A stretch of DNA of 64,000 bases, from the IMG/VR virus record IMGVR_UViG_3300036856_000037. One strand, 5' to 3'. Below, piece by piece: positions 26,902-36,525 of this stretch. Made by a program: the position numbers and the translations under genes. The first letter of the stretch is position 1, and each line of letters starts with the position of its first letter. Below the pieces are notes generated by a model. That model was not told the DNA's origin and ran no database searches. It worked only from the letters and a program-made list of their open reading frames with translations. This DNA is from a virus. Its lineage: Duplodnaviria; Heunggongvirae; Uroviricota; Caudoviricetes.

Positions 26902-27230
26902 CAGTCCCCCTGGGGGCCGTCAGAAATCGGCCTGGTGTGGCCGTGGGCCGACGTTGGGGGGTCCGGTGGTGTGGCGGTGGCGGGGTCGTCTTCTTTGACC
27001 ACTGGCGCGACAGGTAGGCAGTCCATGTTCTCGTCTGCATTGCCCGGTATGAGTCCCGCGCGCCGGTAGGCCCGTAGGTACACCTGGGTCATCGGCTCTC
27101 GTTCATCCACCGCCAGGTGGCGGGTGTAGTGGTCAACTTCCTGGCAGATGCGTTCCTCGCGCGTCACCCCGGCGGTGCTGGCTCTCGGTGACAGCGCCAC
27201 CTTTCCCTCGCGGGTCCAGATGTCAGCCAT
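26898..27230 (-). CDS. hypothetical protein
   Basis: start at M29 of ORF 26898..27314. Confidence 0.35.
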   Translation of the reverse strand: MADIWTREGKVALSPRASTAGVTREERICQEVDHYTRHLAVDEREPMTQVYLRAYRRAGLIPGNADENMDCLPVAPVVKEDDPATATPPDPPTSAHGHTRPISDGPQGDW

Positions 27231-27543
27231 AGGTCTTGCCCGTCGCCAGGTAGGTCTCTCCCTCATGGAAAGCGTGTTCACGGCTGTTACGCCAGGCGCC
27301 GCACACCGCGCCATGGGGGCCGTCCCAGAAGAAGCGGTACTGCGTCGGACCCTCCTTGGTGAACCGGACTTCGATATCCAGTGCGTTGTTGTCCACCTTA
27401 GGCTGGCCGTACTTGTCGACCGGCCCCTCGAAGTCGTTGTCGGCTTCTCGCTCGAGTTTCATTTTTTCTCCTGGTACCAATGGCCGTACCTCGCCGCAAT
27501 CTCTGCACTGGATACCCGGGGCCAGCCATGTCGCATCAGCCAC
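27223..27543 (-). CDS. hypothetical protein
   Basis: 106-aa ORF. Confidence 0.45.
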   Translation of the reverse strand: MADATWLAPGIQCRDCGEVRPLVPGEKMKLEREADNDFEGPVDKYGQPKVDNNALDIEVRFTKEGPTQYRFFWDGPHGAVCGAWRNSREHAFHEGETYLATGKTYG

Positions 27544-27583
27544 TCCTTGTGACGCCGCCAGTTCACGCTGGGTAATTCATAGC

Positions 27584-28135
27584 TCATGCGGTCCTCCTCG
27601 GGCGGTGGTACTGCGGATATTCCCTGTTCAACATCTGGTATGCCGCATCGACGGTTAACGTCTCGGGTCGGCTGGCCTCCATCCACGGCGGCAGGTCGGC
27701 CTCCATCGTCACCGGCAGGCCACCGAACGGACTGGTGCCGACCATTATTGGAAGCCCGGGCTGTAGCGGCGGGCGCGCAACGAGTGGCGGGCCGAACGTG
27801 ACGACGGTCTGGTAGATGAACGGATCGCTCCAGGTGTCCTGTTGTTCCACCGGGGCCTCTGGTACCACTGGCTCAGGTTCTGACGGCAGCAGGTGGGCCG
27901 ACCACGCCAGCGCGGCGGCGACGTGAAATTCCTCGGGCACCGGGTAGTCGCCGTAGAAGCCGCGTGGATCACCGGCCAGGAAGAGCTCATTCTGGAAAAA
28001 CGCGCGGTACCCCAGCTCGGCTTTCTGCCGCAACGCCTTCTCCTGACGGGCATGTGCGCGGCTGAAAAGGATCGTCACGGTGCACATCAACCAGGCGATC
28101 ACCAAACAGGAGCCCAGAACGGTGCAGAGCATCAT
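27584..28135 (-). CDS. membrane protein
   Basis: N-terminal TM helix LCTVLGSCLVIAWLMCTVTILF. Confidence 0.5.
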   Translation of the reverse strand: MMLCTVLGSCLVIAWLMCTVTILFSRAHARQEKALRQKAELGYRAFFQNELFLAGDPRGFYGDYPVPEEFHVAAALAWSAHLLPSEPEPVVPEAPVEQQDTWSDPFIYQTVVTFGPPLVARPPLQPGLPIMVGTSPFGGLPVTMEADLPPWMEASRPETLTVDAAYQMLNREYPQYHRPRRTA

Positions 28136-28614
28136 GATTGCTCCACGCCGTCCAGTGCCGTCAGGATGCGCGCGCGGTAAGCCTCTTCGCTCTCATCCTT
28201 GCGCCGCTCATAGTCGCTGTGGCGATGCTGGACCGGCACCGCGCGCTCAGGCACTTCCTGCGCGTCCCACTTCTTGGCCTGGCCGCCGATCACTTCCTGG
28301 ATCCTGGCCAGGTGCTCTTGCCGGCGCTCATCGCTGACCGGAACCTTGTCCAGCTCCAGTGGCGCTCGGTCAGCCTGGTCGCGTCGTTTGGCGCGGGCGA
28401 CGTTGGAGATGTCCGCGGGCTGCGGCCAGGGCCGCTGGGGCACTGAGTAGTAATCAGCGACGGCGCTCAGCAAATCCTGGCGTTGCAGGGTGGGGTAGCG
28501 CTCAAAGTGCTCATACCAGGCGTCCTCGATGATGAGTGACTGCTTCGGCGAGTGGATGGGGTCGTACCCGACACACTTGGTCAGGGCATCGAGGATGTCA
28601 CTGCGGGTGATCAT
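28132..28614 (-). CDS. hypothetical protein
   Basis: 160-aa ORF, ATGA-coupled. Confidence 0.5.
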   Translation of the reverse strand: MITRSDILDALTKCVGYDPIHSPKQSLIIEDAWYEHFERYPTLQRQDLLSAVADYYSVPQRPWPQPADISNVARAKRRDQADRAPLELDKVPVSDERRQEHLARIQEVIGGQAKKWDAQEVPERAVPVQHRHSDYERRKDESEEAYRARILTALDGVEQS

Positions 28615-29531
28615 TCCAGCTCCCCTTGTACCGGCTGTGAACGCATGGCTTCCTCCCTCTCGAGTTGTTGTTTTCTCATCTGCAGGCCCATTGCCTTCTG
28701 GTCGACGCCGTTGAGTTGGCCATTGGCCCGGTGGAACTGCGGGAACTTATTCGGGTTCCCCGCGACGTCCCGACACCGGCGCTGAAAAGTCATATCCCAG
28801 TCCAGCTTCGCGGCATGTTGTCCCGTCTCTGACCCCCAGAACTCTTGGAAGTCCTCAAGCAAAACGCCTAGACGGAGGTTGGGGTATTTCTCGATCATGG
28901 TGGCCCGTACGTGGTCGGAAGGCCGCCAGCCGTCAGGGATGCGCTTGCCGCGCTTGGCGCCCCCCCCAGACCCCCCCTTACCAGTGGAAGTTACTTCCTT
29001 AGGTAAGTCCATTAAGGTAACTACCTCACTACCTGGCCTAGCCTGCCTAGCCTGCCTGTGCTGTCCCGAGTCGCTTCCCCGGGGAATGTCCCCCGGGACA
29101 TCCGCTGTAGCAGGGGTTTCCCTAAAGGCGTCCCCTGGCCTGTCCCCCGGGACACTCCCTGGGGGGATGTCCCGGGGGACAAACCCGTCGTCGGCAGCCC
29201 TTGCCGCGCGCTGGCGCGCCTTCTTCTCCCGCTCGCGCGTTCTGGCGCGCTCTAGGATTTCATGCTCTGCGCGGGTGGTCTGGGTCGACGAGAACTCCGA
29301 AATAAGCCACCGTCGCTCAATCTGGGTCCACAAGCCAGCGGCGACAAGCTCGTCCTCTGTGCACCGGGTAAAGCCGGGAATGAGACCTAGGTCCTCTGGC
29401 TCAATAACGCCGTCCGTGCGATTCTCCACCGACCACATAAGGGAGCTGACGAATGACCGATGCGCTCTATCGGTAAGCCGTTGTACGCGCCGGTCAGTCA
29501 GCCACCGACCTGGGAGCCTCGTGTCACTCAT
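28611..29531 (-). CDS. hypothetical protein with internal peptide/DNA repeats (possible replication-associated)
   Basis: 306 aa; central low-complexity region encoded by iteron-like DNA palindromes. Confidence 0.45.
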   Translation of the reverse strand: MSDTRLPGRWLTDRRVQRLTDRAHRSFVSSLMWSVENRTDGVIEPEDLGLIPGFTRCTEDELVAAGLWTQIERRWLISEFSSTQTTRAEHEILERARTREREKKARQRAARAADDGFVPRDIPPGSVPGDRPGDAFRETPATADVPGDIPRGSDSGQHRQARQARPGSEVVTLMDLPKEVTSTGKGGSGGGAKRGKRIPDGWRPSDHVRATMIEKYPNLRLGVLLEDFQEFWGSETGQHAAKLDWDMTFQRRCRDVAGNPNKFPQFHRANGQLNGVDQKAMGLQMRKQQLEREEAMRSQPVQGELE

Positions 29532-29802
29532 CTAGTGTCCAACAAGCCGCCACGGTTCAACCTTCATGTCGACACCGCCCACACACCATGCAGACTCCTC
29601 TTGGCGAAGTCCCCCCGGATGACCCCCGGCAGTAGGTGGGCAATACATTTGCCAGCCACCTGGCATATACATACCACCTTCGCAGGGGAGAACGTAGTGT
29701 TTTGCCGGTGTCAATTGTGTTTAGTAGCAAGGGTTCAGCAAACTACATTGATGTCATTACTCTTGCTACTTGTTAGTAACTTGGGGACAACTTGTTAGCC
29801 CA

Positions 29803-29851
29803 GGGACCGGGTCGTGCTGGATGGAACGCTGGACGGACACGACCCGGTCAC
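29803..29851 (-). terminator. 12-bp inverted repeat GACCGGGTCGTG/CACGACCCGGTC downstream of the RecT-like gene
   Basis: perfect inverted repeat with 20-nt loop; no U-tract. Confidence 0.3.
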
Positions 29852-29858
29852 CCCGATG

Positions 29859-30812
29859 CTATTCCGGCGGGGTCTGCAGGGAGTCCAACACAGCCTGTGC
29901 GTCCTCCTTGGAGATTTTGTGCAGGCTGGTCAGCTTCGCGTCGCGTTGCAGGAATTGGCCAATCTCATCGAGCACCGCCTGGCCGGTGATGTTGCGCGCC
30001 TTGTACAGCTTGCGGATCTGCTCGAGCTGTTCATTGGACGGCGGTGCCCCCTCGGGCTGTACCGGGGCGGGCTCTGGCTCGGGCTGGGGCGCTGGTGCCG
30101 GAGGGGGGGATTCCTCCGCTGACTGCGAGGCAATCTCCCGCAACGCCGACATGCCGCCTCCGCGTGGCGCCTGGCGCACCACCCGCTGGACGGTGACGTT
30201 GTCCAGTTGCAACTCCTCCACGCTGTAGGCCATGCCCAGCAGCACATCCTGGTATTGGATGCGGCAGACCTCAGCAATGCACTTGGCTCGCAACATTTCC
30301 TGCGGGTTGGTCTGGTACCGCGCATTGCTGGTGTAGCCCGCCTGGCTGGCGCGCTCCATCGTCCACTCGCTGGTGGCCCACTTGCCGTCGCGTTCAGCGC
30401 GCCACACGACCCGTTGGTCGGTGGCCTCCACCTCCTCGATCTTGTAGCCCGCCCGCCGTACCTGGGCCGCCATCGTGCGGGCATACACCGCCGGCTTGCC
30501 CGCGACGACGAAGATGTTCTGCGCACTCTGCGCGGCAGTCAGCCCTAACTCCGAGCCATAGAGGATGGCGGCGGCCAAGTCCCAGGTCGCGGAGTCCCCG
30601 CGCGGGTCGGTGCACCCGCGGGGCTTGGCATTGCGCTGGAAGTGCTCAGGCACCATGGAGGTGGCTGACAGCGCCTTGGCAATCTTGAACGCCTTGTCCA
30701 TGGACTCAGCCTCAGCCTCTAGGCGCTGCAGGCTCCCGGTGGTGGGTGTGGTGATCTCACGAACATCAGGTTCGTAGTGGGCCACGTCGTTACCCGGTTG
30801 TTCGATACTCAT
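29859..30812 (-). CDS. RecT/Redbeta-like single-strand annealing protein (putative)
   Basis: position immediately downstream of YqaJ-like exonuclease gene; size and composition consistent; Pro-rich linker. Confidence 0.45.
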   Translation of the reverse strand: MSIEQPGNDVAHYEPDVREITTPTTGSLQRLEAEAESMDKAFKIAKALSATSMVPEHFQRNAKPRGCTDPRGDSATWDLAAAILYGSELGLTAAQSAQNIFVVAGKPAVYARTMAAQVRRAGYKIEEVEATDQRVVWRAERDGKWATSEWTMERASQAGYTSNARYQTNPQEMLRAKCIAEVCRIQYQDVLLGMAYSVEELQLDNVTVQRVVRQAPRGGGMSALREIASQSAEESPPPAPAPQPEPEPAPVQPEGAPPSNEQLEQIRKLYKARNITGQAVLDEIGQFLQRDAKLTSLHKISKEDAQAVLDSLQTPPE

Positions 30813-31073
30813 GTTGTATCCTCTCTCTATTCCCATTTCTTGTTCCGGCCCCCGGTTTCCCCGCCGGGGGTTTTTCTTTACCTCACCCCTGTCCGTTGGC
30901 GCGGTGGGATCATCGCGTCAGCCAGCAGGTAGTTGTATATCTCCTCATACCCCCAGCCGAGGGCACGCAGTTGGGCACGTCGCACGTAGTACTGGGGCAC
31001 CTCCATGTCGATGTCGAGGACGCCACTGGACGCCAGTGCCTCAAGAATCTCGCGCTGGTCGTTCGTCTGTGGG

Positions 31074-31949
31074 TTAAAGAACAACGAGGCTCACCCCTCC
31101 ACGTGACCCTTTCTGGCGCCGCGCCACATACTCATCGTTGACCTGCGCCGTCTGGGCATTTCCCATCAAGTCCAGTAGTTCGGTCTTCAGGCCCCGCAGC
31201 TTGGACTCCAGCGGCGTGATCTCACCCTTGATGTCCTGTATTTGCACGATCAGGTCCTCGGGCACGTTGACCACGCTGCCGTCGATATCAGGATGAAGCT
31301 CTTTGACCGTCCGGTAGGTGCTGACGCTGTCGTCCAAGTCGGGCGGCACCTCTCCACTGAGGGAGCGGTAGAACCCGACGCACTTGGACAGCATCCAATT
31401 GGCCACGTTGATGTCGAAGTCGACGGGGTAGATGTGCTCCTTGAAGAACGGACCCAGCACCATCAGGTGCGCCGTGGACCGCAGGCCGCTGATGAGTTGT
31501 TGCGCGATCACCTGCAGGGTGTAGTCAGCAGGCCCCTCCCCGTCCAGGTTAGGGTCACCCCATTCCTCGAGTGAGCGCGCCAGCTTCATTTCCACGATGT
31601 GCTTACTGCGGCCCCGGCTGGCGCGCCTGTCGATGGTGGCCAGCGCGGGGAAGCCAAACTCATCCGTGATGTACTGCGCCTCTCCCTTGGACAGTCGCCA
31701 GCCGGGGTGCCGCGCCTTCCACAGTTCCGCCATGGCCAGTTCCATCGCCAACCCGGTGTCGAAGATGTCCATGTGCGGCTTTGGATCAATGGTCCCCTTC
31801 ATCCGGTGCCAGATCGTGTAGGCGCTTTCCCACCGTGACACTCCGCAGATTGAGGCAATCTTGGAGGGGGAGATATAGCGCGCGTGCTCAGGGCTCCCCG
31901 GCTCGATGAAGCCGCAGTCACCGTGCTGCAGGCATATGGCCTCGCTCAT
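31074..31949 (-). CDS. YqaJ/lambda-exonuclease-like (RecE-like) nuclease
   Basis: N-terminal ISPSKIASICGVSRWES-type YqaJ start; PD-(D/E)xK-like core. Confidence 0.55.
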   Translation of the reverse strand: MSEAICLQHGDCGFIEPGSPEHARYISPSKIASICGVSRWESAYTIWHRMKGTIDPKPHMDIFDTGLAMELAMAELWKARHPGWRLSKGEAQYITDEFGFPALATIDRRASRGRSKHIVEMKLARSLEEWGDPNLDGEGPADYTLQVIAQQLISGLRSTAHLMVLGPFFKEHIYPVDFDINVANWMLSKCVGFYRSLSGEVPPDLDDSVSTYRTVKELHPDIDGSVVNVPEDLIVQIQDIKGEITPLESKLRGLKTELLDLMGNAQTAQVNDEYVARRQKGSRGGVSLVVL

Positions 31950-32515
31950 ATCCCGTCCATAAGGTCGCGGTAGTTGAACTTGGTCCCGATGGCGTCAATG
32001 ATGGAGACGTTTTCCGTGGCATCTAGCCCCAGTACCCGACTGTCGTAAATCCGTGCGTACTTGGGTACATAGGTCCGGTTGATGACAAACCGCTCACCCA
32101 GCCACGTCAAGCGCCACCAGCCAGCCCGACCACCGTCCTCGCGCTGGGCTTCCGGCAACTCTTCAATAAGATTCCACCAGGACAACTGGCTGAATTCATG
32201 CGTCTCATTCCTCACTAACGACGCACTATGGGCGTACTCTCGGCCCACCTCCCGATATTGCCTAATCAATCCCCGCGCCATTGGTGAGGTGATTTTGCGC
32301 CGGTACACCTTGGTCATCTGGCCACACAGCGGACACCGGCATCCGTCGTCGCATCTATCACGTAGCCACCCCTGCGCCAGGCCCAGGGGAGTAGCGGGTG
32401 GTAGTGGCGAGAAATGGGTGAAGGGGCTTCCATTACTCGTCATTGTCGCCGTGCTCTTCTTGGATCTGCGCCTCATTGATCTGCTCGAAAGTGACGCCGC
32501 GGAAGGCATCAGCAA
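31946..32515 (-). CDS. hypothetical protein with CxxC...CPLC zinc motif
   Basis: 189-aa ORF. Confidence 0.45.
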   Translation of the reverse strand: MLMPSAASLSSRSMRRRSKKSTATMTSNGSPFTHFSPLPPATPLGLAQGWLRDRCDDGCRCPLCGQMTKVYRRKITSPMARGLIRQYREVGREYAHSASLVRNETHEFSQLSWWNLIEELPEAQREDGGRAGWWRLTWLGERFVINRTYVPKYARIYDSRVLGLDATENVSIIDAIGTKFNYRDLMDGI

Positions 32516-32807
32516 TCTCGTCCTCGAGGTCCATATCTAAGACCGTCTGCCCTGTCCGCTGCTCCATCGCGCGGCGCAACAGTCGCTCAGCCTGGGCATA
32601 GTCCTGCTTGAGGATGGCCTCAATGGAACGGATACGGACCGTGGGGATGCTGTCGCCGGTGTCGTTGTCCACCACCGTCTTCTGGTTGTCCACCAGCACC
32701 AGGAGCGCGTGCACCTTGTGGGGGTCTTTGACCAGTGCGCCGGCAATCTTGGCGAGGCCGTTCTTGTCGCCTCCTGGGAGTTTTCCACTGAGCTTGATGT
32801 CCGACAT
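32433..32807 (-). CDS. hypothetical acidic protein
   Basis: 124-aa ORF. Confidence 0.4.
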   Translation of the reverse strand: MSDIKLSGKLPGGDKNGLAKIAGALVKDPHKVHALLVLVDNQKTVVDNDTGDSIPTVRIRSIEAILKQDYAQAERLLRRAMEQRTGQTVLDMDLEDEIADAFRGVTFEQINEAQIQEEHGDNDE

Positions 32808-32913
32808 ATGCCACCCTCCTGGTTGGTAACCGCCCGTTCTGCGGGTTTGCCGTTACCGTACTACCGGGGGGCGACATCTTTAGTAGGCGCGCCGTAATGC
32901 CAGCGTGATGGCC

Positions 32914-33522
<609 letters not shown>

Positions 33523-33665
33523 CTACAGGAATCACCCTATTCAACACGAGTCAATAGGGCGTCATTGCTGGACACTCGGCGTGTCGGCTGGCAATTTCGG
33601 CACAAACATGCGCAAAGAAGCGGTGGCATGTTTACTATTAGCGCCATGTGGGGGATTAGCAAAGA

Positions 33666-33908
33666 GTGACGCTCCAGGTAGTCGGCGGCGATCTGTTACG
33701 TCAGCTCATCGCGGCGCGTTACGCCAGCAACCTCACCCAGGCAACTGTCGCAGAGAAAATGGGCGTATCAGCGGCGCGGGTGGGACATATTGAATCGGGC
33801 TACCGGACCATGACGATGGGGACGCTCCTGCGCTATGCCGAGGCCGTGGGGGTGGACTTGGTGGCCGTCCAAAAAAGTCCCCCGATGTGCCAGTTGGGTG
33901 GCGTATAA
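33666..33908 (+). CDS. XRE-family HTH regulator (Cro/CI-like)
   Basis: LTQATVAEKMGVSAARVGHIESG. Confidence 0.55.
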   Translation: MTLQVVGGDLLRQLIAARYASNLTQATVAEKMGVSAARVGHIESGYRTMTMGTLLRYAEAVGVDLVAVQKSPPMCQLGGV

Positions 33909-33912
33909 TTGG
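33880..33912 (+). promoter_or_regulatory. promoter/operator element copy 6 (CCGATGTGCCAGTTGGGTGGCGTATAAT)
   Basis: -10 TATAAT 33904-33909, ATG 6 nt downstream. Confidence 0.5.
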
Positions 33913-33915
33913 CGC

Positions 33916-34458
33916 ATGACCGCCAGTACAGACCTCGACAATAAACTCACACGGGTTAACAAGCTGATTCTTACTCCCGGCGCGCACGCCGTGCTCAAGC
34001 GCGAAGGTGTTGACACCCTGGGTCACTTGACCAAATTCACCGATCAACAGCTCCTCCGTATGACCGGCATGACGCCGGAAAACGTCGCGCAAATCAGCAC
34101 TGAGCTGGCGCGGCGCGGGTTGCGGTTAGGCGCGGAAGGCCAGGCCCAGGCGCAGGCCGACTCATATGAGCGCAGCCTGGAACTACAGCACGACGTCAGG
34201 GAAGAGAGCTACCGGGTCTTCACCTACGACGAGTTCACCCTGACCGTCCATGAAGACGGCTCAGCAGTCCTCGAGAGAGCACCCCAGAGGGTCTCGTTGG
34301 GCGCTGACCAAATGGCCGCGCTGGGGGAGATACACCGGCGATTGGACGAGAGTCAGCTCATCAAGCTTCTCCACCACTGGGAACAGGGTGAGGACATCGA
34401 CAAGCTGTATGCCCAGGCGGTGCGGCGGGCACTGGCGGGAGAACTGAAGTGGCAATGA
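33916..34458 (+). CDS. hypothetical protein with RNAP-alpha-CTD-like helix-hairpin-helix N-domain; probably leaderless
   Basis: ATG 6 nt after TATAAT; LTPGAHAVLKREGVDTLGHLTKFTDQQLLRMTGM. Confidence 0.45.
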   Translation: MTASTDLDNKLTRVNKLILTPGAHAVLKREGVDTLGHLTKFTDQQLLRMTGMTPENVAQISTELARRGLRLGAEGQAQAQADSYERSLELQHDVREESYRVFTYDEFTLTVHEDGSAVLERAPQRVSLGADQMAALGEIHRRLDESQLIKLLHHWEQGEDIDKLYAQAVRRALAGELKWQ

Positions 34459-34808
34459 GGCTGTCTCGTCCCTGCTATGACAAGCCTCACCGGTGTCCTG
34501 GTTGGGCCGGTGGTGGATGGCGCAGTGCTGCTCAGTACACCTGCGTCAATGGCTCTATCCGCACCAGGGTCAGGGATGACCTGATAGGAGACTTCGGCTA
34601 TCCCGGTGACCAACGGTGGCGCTTCGGCCACTGCAACCACTGCAATGTGGTGACCTGGCCCGTCGCCCTGTGTCACACGCTTGACCCGTCGTGGTGGAAG
34701 TTCGCGTTGGAACGCTTCAGCCGGCGAGTCGCTGATAGCTGGGACGATTATCACTTTCACGGCGAAAGCATGGGGCTCATTTACGCTACCCGGTGGCGGC
34801 GGTACTGA
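34449..34808 (+). CDS. Cys/Trp-rich hypothetical protein
   Basis: 119-aa ORF. Confidence 0.4.
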   Translation: MAMRLSRPCYDKPHRCPGWAGGGWRSAAQYTCVNGSIRTRVRDDLIGDFGYPGDQRWRFGHCNHCNVVTWPVALCHTLDPSWWKFALERFSRRVADSWDDYHFHGESMGLIYATRWRRY

Positions 34809-34887
34809 TGACCGGCTGGACCACATTCATCACAGTGACACTTGCAGGGCTCATCGCCTATGGCCTGTATGCCGCGATGAACTACCC

Positions 34888-35196
34888 ATGGCTGACATGA
34901 CGGACATCGTAGCCCTGATGGCCGACGTACTGGCCACGCATGAGTGCACCTATGGCGAAGACGGCGGCTTTTGCTGCACGGCGGCTGAGTGCGACTGGAC
35001 TGGCCAGGGTGGCGACTTCTACACCCACGTCGCGCAGGTGCTCACAGCAGAGCTGAAACTTACCGATGAGTGGTCGGATGACATCGCGGGACCAGACTGG
35101 GGGCGGCATCACCGGTGGGTCACCCCCAGGACGTTTTACCCCGGCCCGGGGCGATTGGCATCAGACAAAAGACTGGAGGAGAAGTATGGGGTTTAA
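34888..35196 (+). CDS. hypothetical acidic Cys-containing protein
   Basis: start at M70 of ORF 34681..35196. Confidence 0.35.
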   Translation: MADMTDIVALMADVLATHECTYGEDGGFCCTAAECDWTGQGGDFYTHVAQVLTAELKLTDEWSDDIAGPDWGRHHRWVTPRTFYPGPGRLASDKRLEEKYGV

Positions 35197-35482
35197 CACC
35201 AACATCACCATCTGCAACGACAACCTGGCCGACTATGAGCGTCAGCCCGAGCGGTTCATGAGTGTCGTGACTGAAGGACTGCAAAGTGGCGCCAAGTCCT
35301 GGGGCATCACCGTCCAGCCCACCGACCACGCCGATGCCACCCAACTCATCGCCGTGGGCCACAACTCCTCCACCAAGGTGTTTACCGCCAATTACCTCGC
35401 GTCCCACCATCTGGAGGCCGGGCAGGTGGAATTACTGCGCCGCTGGGCCGACGCGCTGGGCTACCGAATCAGCAAGAAGTGA
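35186..35482 (+). CDS. hypothetical protein
   Basis: start at M41 of ORF 35066..35482 after GGAGGAG. Confidence 0.45.
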   Translation: MGFNTNITICNDNLADYERQPERFMSVVTEGLQSGAKSWGITVQPTDHADATQLIAVGHNSSTKVFTANYLASHHLEAGQVELLRRWADALGYRISKK

Positions 35483-35721
35483 GGCGCCCGGGGGAGGCCA
35501 AAGACCCCTGGTGCTGTCTGTCCGACAAGATGCAGGCGTCACTGCAGGGCTTTGACCGAGGCGCGCTGACCGTCTACCGCTCTATGCACCATGTCGTCGC
35601 GCGGCTGACGCGGGAAGAAGCCCTGGAAATCATCGACGACCAACTGGCCAAGCTGGAAGAGAAATTCGAGACGGTGTACGGCGAACCACAGAGGCGACAT
35701 GGACCACGAAGCGCTGATTGA
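35479..35721 (+). CDS. hypothetical protein
   Basis: GTGA-coupled. Confidence 0.4.
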   Translation: MRRPGEAKDPWCCLSDKMQASLQGFDRGALTVYRSMHHVVARLTREEALEIIDDQLAKLEEKFETVYGEPQRRHGPRSAD

Positions 35722-35837
35722 CCTGACTGCCCGGTTGACGGCGTTTGCGCGCGACTGCGTGGAGCATGGTGACATGACACCCTCAGGACAACGTGCCTTG
35801 CTGTCCATCCTGGAGAAATACGGCGCTCGATAGTCTG

Positions 35838-35866
35838 TTGATGTGCCAGGCCGGTGGCGTATATTG
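35838..35866 (+). promoter_or_regulatory. promoter/operator element copy 7 (TTGATGTGCCAGGCCGGTGGCGTATATT)
   Basis: spacer identical to copy 1. Confidence 0.5.
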
Positions 35867-35885
35867 GTCACAGGAAGCGGGGGCA

Positions 35886-36095
35886 ATGGACATCAACGGC
35901 ACGACGTACAGCTGGACTCAACCCTCATGCGACACCTGTTACGCAGACCTATATCCCGGCAGGGAGCCGTTGCGGATGAAGGAGGAGTACCGCGAGTCCG
36001 AGCAGTGCTGCATGTGCGGTAAGGCCACCGCCAGTGGCATCTACTGCCGTGTCAACCCCAGCGAAGTACCCCACCCGACACCCGAGGTGAACTGA
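35886..36095 (+). CDS. small Cys-rich zinc-binding protein
   Basis: CDTC...CCMCGK...C. Confidence 0.45.
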   Translation: MDINGTTYSWTQPSCDTCYADLYPGREPLRMKEEYRESEQCCMCGKATASGIYCRVNPSEVPHPTPEVN

Positions 36096-36278
36096 GTGAC
36101 CTTCCCTGATGTCCGGTGGTCGTCTGCCCACCACTATGACCACGCGATGGCCCTGTTGCAGCAGGCGGACCAGGCTAGTACCCAGACGCCGGGCGACGAC
36201 CAGGCGGGCAACCCCCAGCGCCTTGAGGCCATAGTGCACATGCTGGGCGGGCTGTTGCGAAGCCAACTCGGTTTCTAA
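36096..36278 (+). CDS. small hypothetical protein
   Basis: 60-aa ORF. Confidence 0.3.
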   Translation: MTFPDVRWSSAHHYDHAMALLQQADQASTQTPGDDQAGNPQRLEAIVHMLGGLLRSQLGF

Positions 36279-36280
36279 CC

Positions 36281-36511
36281 ATGGACCTCAATGACCTCAT
36301 CGGGTGCTGCGGCACCCTCACGCTCGCCACTCGCGGGCCAGCGGGGTTTGGTGAGATTACGGTGAAAGCACACGGATGCCGGATGGCCTACCTGGCGTGG
36401 TCAGCCGAGCCGATTGCCCGAGGGGAGCAGGTCGTCGTCATTGGCATACGCGGCATAGGCACCGTGATGGTGGAGCCGTGGGACTTTGGGGCAAGGGCCC
36501 CAGAGGGGTAA
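36281..36511 (+). CDS. NfeD-like OB-fold protein (short form)
   Basis: 76 aa, beta-rich GEITVKAHG...GEQVVVIGIRGIGTVMVEP; immediately upstream of flotillin gene. Confidence 0.5.
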   Translation: MDLNDLIGCCGTLTLATRGPAGFGEITVKAHGCRMAYLAWSAEPIARGEQVVVIGIRGIGTVMVEPWDFGARAPEG

Positions 36512-36525
36512 CGAAGGAGAAGTTC

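Noticed and set aside
28960-28977. C8/C7 tracts as a sequencing artefact
   Set aside because: This cannot be judged from sequence alone. They are kept as a possible slippage site, but with caution, since homopolymers are error-prone in some sequencing chemistries.
29641-29672. Ninth copy of the promoter element (TTGCCAGCCACCTGGCATATACAT)
   Set aside because: The -10 is degenerate (TATACA). It faces into leftward genes with no plausible rightward ORF, so it is left as a degenerate copy and not given a feature call.
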